Assembly: GCA_963662285.2 (NCBI GenBank)
Contig: CAXXMV010000008.1
Span: 672,001-736,000, forward strand
Length of the DNA stretch: 64,000 bases
Direction: 5' to 3'
Source: a bacterium
GTDB lineage: Bacteria; Hinthialibacterota; Hinthialibacteria; Hinthialibacterales; Hinthialibacteraceae
A program made the position numbers and the translations under genes. Under the pieces are notes generated by a model. The model was not told the DNA's origin. It worked only from the letters and a program-made list of their open reading frames with translations, and did not search any database. Below, in pieces: positions 57,114-64,000 of the stretch. Every line of letters starts with the position of its first letter. The stretch's first letter is position 1.

Positions 57114-60100
57114 TCAACCAATATCATCCATCATCATCGCACCACCAACCAGGACGCCGGCGACGAGTGTTGTAACATCACCGACGAATAAGCCCGACGG
57201 ATCTGAAAAACAAACCGGATTATGCTGCGCATACGCGTAAGGATTGATCTCCAGCGGATTTTCCGGACTGGGCCAGGCCGGATCACGGCTGAGAAAACAG
57301 CTGTATTCCGCGTCGTAATAACGGGCTTGCATCTGAAACAAATTTCCGTTGCCGCCCTCCTCCCGAACACCGTGACGACCCACAAATGTGAAAGGCTGAG
57401 TTGAGTTCCCTTCATGTGCGAGACGTTTCCCATAAGGCGTATACGAATAGGCGTCAGTGATCTGTCCGGCCTGATCGGTCAGCGCCAAAGTCGAACCAAG
57501 CCTGTCGAAATGGAAGAAGAAAACCTTATTGCCATTTGCTGAGTCAATCATGTAAAGGAGTTCGCCAGTCGGGCTCCAGACATAATATCGAACAAATGTT
57601 TCATTCTCCACATCGCGTTCACCGACGATGGGTGTATGGATAATGCCATAATTATAGTAATATTCCAAAGTTTGACCGTCTTCGGTACGCGAGATTAAAT
57701 TATCCATACCATTGTATTGCAAGGAAACATCGTCGATCGTAATAAGACGCGAGGCTTCATCCCACGAATACGCTCGCGAGGAGGATTTTGTCTGACGGCC
57801 TTGCGCATCATAGACAAAATTCGGTGATGCGATTTGGCTGGCGTTGTCGAATAGCAGAGAATTCGTCGCTAACGATAGATAATCTTCAGGGGAGAGCGGA
57901 GTCTGCATATCCACTTGTGTAATTTCGCCAGCGGTATTGAGCGTGTAGCGGAGATCGGCGAAATCTCCTTCCATGATTCCAGTTAGACGGTTCGCATCAT
58001 CCCACGCAAAATCAGTACTGACGCCGTTGGAGCGCACCAAGCCGGTCAGTCGTTCGTCGCTATCATAAACGAATTGAACTTTGGCGTTGGTGAGGTTATC
58101 CGACACCATTTCCAGAAGACCGGTTGTATCATTGTATGTATAGGAGATTATGACTGCACCGTTGTTGTAGGCAACTGTTTGCAACCTACTATTGTCATTA
58201 TAGGTCGCGTCGAAATTCAATCCATTCTGTTTGGTGTTCGTGATTTTTCCTTCAGCGTCATATTCGAATGCAATCTCATTGGCATCAGTGAGTCTATTGA
58301 GCGCATCATATTGAAAATCGAGTTGCAAACCACCGGAGTAGGATTTCTGTATCATGTTTCCTGCAGGATCAAATTGATGTTTCATCAATTGGCCATCGGG
58401 ATACATCACTTGGGAAAGTCGGCCGCATGAATCGTAGGAATAGTGGATAGTTTGGCTCAAGGGATCGGTTTGTGAAAGCAAGTTGCCCATCGGACTGTAC
58501 TGAAAGGCCCAAAGGCGGCCATTCATATCTTCCATACCAGTGACGTTACCCAATGCATCCCGCTGATACTTCACCGAGCCTATCCCGGCTTTGGTGATCT
58601 CGATAAGATCACTGCGACTATCATAGACCATCTCCATCGACCGCCCGAGTGGATCGGTAATCCGGGTGATACGGTTCATCGCGTCCCAAGTGAATGCCAT
58701 ATTGTTACCTAAAGGATCAGTAACTGCTTTAACCAGTCCGAAAGCGTCGCTTTTGAAGGTCGTTCTGCGACCTTCTGGAGTACTTTGGTTTGTAGGAATC
58801 GTTTCGTCATCATTCTCCATCGACCAGGTTTTTCCACCCTTCTGGACTGAGGCGATCGAACTGTGCTGATCGTAACCGTACTGGGTAACATTTCCGCCAG
58901 CATCCTGGGTTTTTGCAAGACGACCCATCGAATCAAAAGAAAAGGTGGTACTCTTCCCTAATCGGTTGGTTTCCACTATCCGTTGATCCATGTCGTTATA
59001 GCCATAGATTTGAGTATTACCGAGTGGATCGGTGATTCTTAAGAGATTGTCATTGGCATCATAGGTTAGTATTTGCATATGGCCATTTTCATCTGTATGG
59101 TTGATGACATTGTCATTCTCATCGTAAATTGTTTTTGAAGCGGCGCCATCTGGATTAGTGACCTGAATTACTCGTCCAAATGGATCATATTGATAGGTTG
59201 TTGTACCAATATCGGAATTGGTGGTGCTAATGAGATTTCCTTCATTGGTATAAGTATTGAGTAAAACGCCCCCAGCCGGATTGATTTGGGATAGCATCTG
59301 TCCATGTGCGTTATACGTGTACTGCCATTCGAATTGAGCCTGATCGATTTTGGAGAGAAGATTGCCTTTGCCATCATATGAATAGAGTTCCTTCGTACCG
59401 TCTGGGAACGCTTTTGAGGATGGTGGATAAAAGGAAAAAGTAACCGATCCGAATGCTTGTTCTTGCTTTAGGTAAGTCAGCCTGGTTGAATCTCCCCGTA
59501 CGTTTGTTACACCGGCAATCTGACCGGAAGCCTCATGATATTGAACACCGCTGGCGGCGCCCAGACGGTCGGTAACCTGGGTTCGGCGGTTGTTTTGATC
59601 GTATTGGACATTGACTTTTGCCCCAGTGGAGTCCGTGGTTCCGGTGAGGTTTTGCTGATTGGCGTGGGTATGGATTTCCGTGGAACCGTCCGGATAGGAA
59701 ATGAGCGTATCACCAGAATTCCCGTTGGCTTCGAAATTCAGTTCGGTAACATTTCCATCTCCATCCAATTGTTTATATACATGGCCTTTTTCATCATAGA
59801 ACTGAGTGGTGTGACAGTTCCCTTTCGGATATATCGCCTGGGTAATAAGTCCAATATACTTGTTATTTTCATCGTAGGAAAAGCGGGTGACGTGATCCAT
59901 AGGATCGGTAAGGGATGTAAGCCGGGCTTCATCATGGGTGAATGTCCAGGTCCTCCCCCTTCCATCATGGATCGAGGAAAGACGATTGTCGTCTCCGTAC
60001 GTATACTGGAGGGTGCGTCCCAAACCATCCTCGACTGAAAGCAGAAAGCCATCCGTATCGTAGGTGAGAGTATGAGCGTTTCCGTTCCGGTCTTCCAGAC

Positions 60101-63100
60101 GTTCCAGGCGGCGGTCGGCGTTAAAAGTATAAACCAGGTTTTTGCTTGGATCCAACATGTAAAATTTGCCATCCGGTCCGGTTTTAAGTTCGTAAGGAAT
60201 CTCTTCGTTGTTCTCCAGATTCCATCGCACGCTATCATGCTTGAATGTGATAACTCGACCGAGATCGTAAATGATCTTGGTGGTAGTATCCCCCTTATAG
60301 AGTCGAATGATCTGGTAATTGTGCAGCCAGTTCACCCCCGTAATATGGCCAAACGCGAGATCTACGTCGTGTTTTCTCGAAACAGCGCTTCCATAATAGA
60401 GACTGGCAGAAAGCGGGAGTGGCCCCCCAAGATCGAAGAGGGGTATCTCAAAATAGTATTCACCTGTTGCTGTATTTACAGGATCTTTCAAACGCCCGTG
60501 GTTCTTATTATTCGATGGAGGCGTTTCCTTGAAATGGGCGATGAATTTCCTGGTTTCGCCCGGTTCCCAGTCGACTGTGATCGTGACGGGATTCTTGGCG
60601 CCCACGCCCGAACTTCCCGAGAATTTATTGAACACATAACCGGGATTGGCGGAGGCCATCAGCATTACCGTATCGCCTGGCGAATAGCAGTCTTTAGCGG
60701 GATTGAGTGCGGCCACGCCCGCCTCAGATGGTTCGGAGGAAATCTCAATCATGCATCCTTTTTTGCGGATAGACCCAAAAACAGTGACGCCATCCAGGAC
60801 GATCGATTCACCGGCGACCTCAACCTGTTCCGGTGAAATGCCCGCTCCATAGGTGACGCAGGACGGATCGTCCATTTGGATCGTGTACTGGAGCAGGTAA
60901 CAGCGGCTTTCACCGGGCTGCAGTATCTCGCCAAGGTTGCTGAAAATCATCTTGTCCTTGCCCGGAGACTGCCCGAGAATCTTTCCCGCCTTCCCGCTGC
61001 ATTCTTCATCGCTGACGAGTGACGTCATGCTGATATCGGAGGGATTTCCCGTACCTTTGAAATCGAACTGCATCGAATTTACCGTACAGGGAGAATCCGC
61101 CTTCTTGTCCAAGATTAGTTGGACATGCAGGACCGATACAGTCTCCTCCTCGGCGGGAGCAACAGCGATCTCCTTCTCGATGGGATTGGATGAACCGGGA
61201 GCGAGACGCAGGGTTGTCGGGCCAATGAGGGGCAGAGGATCATAAACGTAGAGTTCTCCGTCAATAATACTTTCGTAGGGAGTGTCGCCGATCAGATCGC
61301 CGTCCTCATCCTCCCCGTCGTAATCGTTCCAATAATTCCCTCCTAGCGAAGGACCGCCTACTATGTTTTTCCCTTCCTTCTTAGGAACGTTCCAGTCGAT
61401 GCCGATGTCGTAGCCGCGTGCGTTTTCCGTCCATTCATTCGCACTGGCAAAAATGTTATTGAATACTATTACATCATTTCCTTTCACTGAGAGGCTTAAC
61501 CGCTTGTTGTCCAGGAACTGGTTGTCTTGGATGGTGGAATTCTGGAAATTTTCCAGCCAAACGCTGATTTCATCATTCCTCTGCGCCTTATTATCCCGGA
61601 TTGTGAATTCGTCCCCTTCTTTGACATAAAGCAGGCTGTTCGAATCGATACTTTGGTTGTTCACAATCTGGGCGTTTTTACCATTTTCGATCGAGATTCC
61701 GTAATCGCCGTTGTTGATGAATTCATTATTGGCGATGAAAAGATCTTCAACATTCAGAAGAAAGAATCCCGCAGTATTGTCATGGATAGTGTTTTGATCG
61801 ATCTTGATATGAAGGCCGTTGTCTATATAGGAGGCTTTCTTATTCTCGGTAAACTTGTTGTACTGAAGAAGAAGCGTGTTGACGAGTTCTTCGCCTTCCT
61901 GCCACGTATTTCCGCTCCAGAGATAACTTTGGGATGAATCTCCGCTCTCCACCGCGCGCACCGTGTTGGTGATAGTGTTGTTCTTGATGCGGACATCGTT
62001 TCCGACGAGTGAGATTCCTTTGGCCATGTTAACGTTCCAACCGATGGTCTGATAACCAGTGGCCATACCATCAATATGGTTGAATTGAATATCGCTATTG
62101 ACCAAATTGATGCATTCGAGCAAGTAGGGGAACGAGGGAGTAAAAATATCCATAGGTGGATTCATCGAGTCGAAGCGAAGCGTATTGTTTTCTATCATCA
62201 GGCTGTCACAGCCGGTGATGCGCGCCCACCCATACGCGTTACTGGTAAAATAGTTACCCGCTAGGATCAGGTGGGAAGAATTTTCTGCATTGACGGAAAG
62301 ATCGTAACTCTGGGGAATAAACTCTTCCTCAAAGGAAAACGTGCTATCGCGAATTTCGATTTGAGAGGCATAACTTAGAAAGATTTTTGAATCCGTGAAC
62401 CAACAATCTTTGAGCACTGCACCGTCAACCGGATAATCCACGCCGTCTCCGATGAGATTCAAAGCCGCGCTCTTGTAATCCCGCGAGTCGCTGAAACGCA
62501 AACGGGCGGCGGATTCCGCCGTGACGCCGGTTAATTTCCTTCGGACGGTAACGTAACAATTTTCGAAATTGGTGTCTTCCGTTTTCAGGTTGTAAACGTC
62601 TATCTCCGCATCATGGATTTTTAACTGATCGCCTCGAAGGACAAGAGTACAGCCTGGGTATCCATAGATGATTCCTTCATAATTACCCGTAAACGTTGTG
62701 AGTTCGCCAGCATCCTCGTAAAGATTAAGAACGCACTGAAGAGTACAATCATTGATTTTTACTGCGGAGGCGTTATTGATATTGATTTGGTTCTCTCGAT
62801 AACCATCAGAGGGAAGGTGGCCAGGTTTGTAAGTCATCGAAACTTGGTTGAACTCAATCGGAGAATCGCTTGTGCAGTCGAAGGTATAAGCACAACTCTC
62901 ATTGATCGCTGCAGGCGTATTCTCCAAAAGTAAATCACAATGATCGAATTCGGCGGATTGAGCAGATAAATTCTTGGCGTTCTTGCAACGTAAGGAAACG
63001 TTGGCAATCGATGCACCATCAATATCAAGGCTTGATCCTTCTGCAAAACTAATGATGGGACATTCCATTATATCGAGATATTCCTCAAGAAAATTCAACT

Positions 63101-63734
63101 TGACATTGTTGCCTAGATGGAGAGTAGAATTTGAAACGGATAGCGAAGATAAAATAGTGATATTTCCATTTAAGGCTAAAGTACCTCCATCGGAAATATA
63201 GATTTCACCTTCTTGCACTTTGACGCCATCCATGATTGACAAATTACCACCTTGTTCAATATTTAGAAAACTCACATTGTATTCGCCAACACTCCAAAGG
63301 CGACTCCAGGTCAAAAGTCCATAGGTAGCGCGGACCCATCTACCATCCGGAGTACTTACCATTTGGACGTTTGTCGACGTCGAACTCATCAGTACTCCCA
63401 CTTCAATCTGTATCCCATCAACTTCCTGCGATTCAAAACGGTACCACTCGAGTTTGTACGTGATCGATTCGGAAATATCCGGCAAATCCGCATCAAGATA
63501 CGACTTATCAGCCGGATTGGCGGATTCAAAAATCTGTTGGCCGTTTCGATATAGAATCCATTTTTCAAATTTGGGATCAGCGCTTTCCTCCCACGTCAAG
63601 TATGATTGCTGGTTGTCGGTGTATTCGATTTTGAGATTCGAGGCGGACGAGGATTGCATGAATCCCCAAAAAAGAATAAATAAACATGTAAAATGACATA
63701 TGACGTATTTTTTCCATTTCTTCTGTTTTGGCAT
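57114..63734 (-). CDS. Secreted RHS/YD-repeat protein: signal peptide, beta-helix (NosD-like), InlB-B-repeat-like domain, DUF6531-like domain, YD repeats, RHS core
   Basis: Start reassigned to MPKQKKW (SD GGGGAG); GGNYWNDYDGEDEDGDLIGDTPY (NosD-like); ASANPGYVFNKFSG; DPVNTATGEYY; many YD..G repeats; HFDRLGSTLALTD, YTPYG, ARYYD, SRDP, NPYAYAQHNPVCFSDPSGL. Confidence 0.92.
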   Translation of the reverse strand: MPKQKKWKKYVICHFTCLFILFWGFMQSSSASNLKIEYTDNQQSYLTWEESADPKFEKWILYRNGQQIFESANPADKSYLDADLPDISESITYKLEWYRFESQEVDGIQIEVGVLMSSTSTNVQMVSTPDGRWVRATYGLLTWSRLWSVGEYNVSFLNIEQGGNLSIMDGVKVQEGEIYISDGGTLALNGNITILSSLSVSNSTLHLGNNVKLNFLEEYLDIMECPIISFAEGSSLDIDGASIANVSLRCKNAKNLSAQSAEFDHCDLLLENTPAAINESCAYTFDCTSDSPIEFNQVSMTYKPGHLPSDGYRENQININNASAVKINDCTLQCVLNLYEDAGELTTFTGNYEGIIYGYPGCTLVLRGDQLKIHDAEIDVYNLKTEDTNFENCYVTVRRKLTGVTAESAARLRFSDSRDYKSAALNLIGDGVDYPVDGAVLKDCWFTDSKIFLSYASQIEIRDSTFSFEEEFIPQSYDLSVNAENSSHLILAGNYFTSNAYGWARITGCDSLMIENNTLRFDSMNPPMDIFTPSFPYLLECINLVNSDIQFNHIDGMATGYQTIGWNVNMAKGISLVGNDVRIKNNTITNTVRAVESGDSSQSYLWSGNTWQEGEELVNTLLLQYNKFTENKKASYIDNGLHIKIDQNTIHDNTAGFFLLNVEDLFIANNEFINNGDYGISIENGKNAQIVNNQSIDSNSLLYVKEGDEFTIRDNKAQRNDEISVWLENFQNSTIQDNQFLDNKRLSLSVKGNDVIVFNNIFASANEWTENARGYDIGIDWNVPKKEGKNIVGGPSLGGNYWNDYDGEDEDGDLIGDTPYESIIDGELYVYDPLPLIGPTTLRLAPGSSNPIEKEIAVAPAEEETVSVLHVQLILDKKADSPCTVNSMQFDFKGTGNPSDISMTSLVSDEECSGKAGKILGQSPGKDKMIFSNLGEILQPGESRCYLLQYTIQMDDPSCVTYGAGISPEQVEVAGESIVLDGVTVFGSIRKKGCMIEISSEPSEAGVAALNPAKDCYSPGDTVMLMASANPGYVFNKFSGSSGVGAKNPVTITVDWEPGETRKFIAHFKETPPSNNKNHGRLKDPVNTATGEYYFEIPLFDLGGPLPLSASLYYGSAVSRKHDVDLAFGHITGVNWLHNYQIIRLYKGDTTTKIIYDLGRVITFKHDSVRWNLENNEEIPYELKTGPDGKFYMLDPSKNLVYTFNADRRLERLEDRNGNAHTLTYDTDGFLLSVEDGLGRTLQYTYGDDNRLSSIHDGRGRTWTFTHDEARLTSLTDPMDHVTRFSYDENNKYIGLITQAIYPKGNCHTTQFYDEKGHVYKQLDGDGNVTELNFEANGNSGDTLISYPDGSTEIHTHANQQNLTGTTDSTGAKVNVQYDQNNRRTQVTDRLGAASGVQYHEASGQIAGVTNVRGDSTRLTYLKQEQAFGSVTFSFYPPSSKAFPDGTKELYSYDGKGNLLSKIDQAQFEWQYTYNAHGQMLSQINPAGGVLLNTYTNEGNLISTTNSDIGTTTYQYDPFGRVIQVTNPDGAASKTIYDENDNVINHTDENGHMQILTYDANDNLLRITDPLGNTQIYGYNDMDQRIVETNRLGKSTTFSFDSMGRLAKTQDAGGNVTQYGYDQHSSIASVQKGGKTWSMENDDETIPTNQSTPEGRRTTFKSDAFGLVKAVTDPLGNNMAFTWDAMNRITRITDPLGRSMEMVYDSRSDLIEITKAGIGSVKYQRDALGNVTGMEDMNGRLWAFQYSPMGNLLSQTDPLSQTIHYSYDSCGRLSQVMYPDGQLMKHQFDPAGNMIQKSYSGGLQLDFQYDALNRLTDANEIAFEYDAEGKITNTKQNGLNFDATYNDNSRLQTVAYNNGAVIISYTYNDTTGLLEMVSDNLTNAKVQFVYDSDERLTGLVRSNGVSTDFAWDDANRLTGIMEGDFADLRYTLNTAGEITQVDMQTPLSPEDYLSLATNSLLFDNASQIASPNFVYDAQGRQTKSSSRAYSWDEASRLITIDDVSLQYNGMDNLISRTEDGQTLEYYYNYGIIHTPIVGERDVENETFVRYYVWSPTGELLYMIDSANGNKVFFFHFDRLGSTLALTDQAGQITDAYSYTPYGKRLAHEGNSTQPFTFVGRHGVREEGGNGNLFQMQARYYDAEYSCFLSRDPAWPSPENPLEINPYAYAQHNPVCFSDPSGLFVGDVTTLVAGVLVGGAMMMDDIG

Positions 63735-63788
63735 GATATTTCTCTCCCCGTGATCTGGCAAAAAATGTTGTCAGGCGGCTATGCAGGA

Positions 63789-64000
63789 TTAATGACTTTG
63801 CCAATTTTGCACATTGGTTGTACCGCGTGTGATTTTCCTCTCCAGGAGATTTCCTGCAGAATCGTAGGTGTAAAGGATCTGGAGATCGTCCCGATAGATG
63901 ACTTTGAGCAGACGACCCGCAGAATCGTATTGATATGAGATAGTGTGGATCGATTCTGATTCAGTGAGTGGCATTTGCGCTGAGAGCAAATCAGGAAATA
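63789..64000 (-). CDS. Small YD-repeat protein (5' end beyond the window) ending in the shared C-terminal motif
   Basis: The frame is open to the window end; ISYQYDSAGRLLKVIY..ILYTYDSAGNLLERKI followed by TRGTTNVQNWQSH*; the stop lies 54 nt upstream of the RHS start. Confidence 0.75.
   Translation of the reverse strand, partial: FPDLLSAQMPLTESESIHTISYQYDSAGRLLKVIYRDDLQILYTYDSAGNLLERKITRGTTNVQNWQSH

Noticed and set aside
57114-57116. Genome-wide TGA recoding (genetic code 4 or 25) as the explanation of the RHS internal stop
   Set aside because: TGA ends many intact genes here (e.g. 2790, 20768, 22087, 34961), including ATGA stop/start overlaps, and long ORFs are not otherwise interrupted.
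59535-60836. Long antisense ORFs (e.g. 60072..60836, 59535..60038, also 28656..29282)
   Set aside because: They lie opposite well-supported genes and have no recognisable motifs; treated as shadow ORFs.

Overview
Bacterial genomic window; I saw no rRNA, tRNA or CRISPR array. From left to right: (1) two V4R-like genes and an orphan MCP; (2) a 2906-aa secreted multidomain protein (LamG-like, dockerin-like, IPT/TIG, beta-helix, PD40, cohesin-like); (3) a ~26-kb signal-transduction block. This block has a CheB-CheR-PAS fusion, a PAS/GAF hybrid kinase, a sensorless kinase and an NtrC-type regulator, then a putative enhancer plus sigma54 promoter ahead of a Wsp-like cheW-cheR(TPR)-cheW-mcp-cheA(REC)-cheB cluster, whose outputs are two paralogous hybrid kinases and an HD-GYP protein. 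It lies between an IS200 remnant and a truncated heparinase gene. (4) A cluster of secreted carbohydrate-active-like genes; (5) a BlaI / M56-Kelch sensor operon followed by three secreted WD40 proteins; (6) a signal-peptide-bearing beta-helix/RHS protein whose C-terminal cargo is cut by one in-frame TGA, preceded by a small YD-repeat protein. The most striking unexplained signal is a short C-terminal motif, [ST]-x-V-x-[NDQ]-[WY]-x-x-[YFH]-x(0,1)-stop. It ends five proteins of three unrelated folds (four with visible signal peptides) and is a candidate undescribed protein-sorting signal. The small YD protein may act as a tagged adaptor for the RHS protein. All domain calls were made by eye from motifs; no database searches were run.
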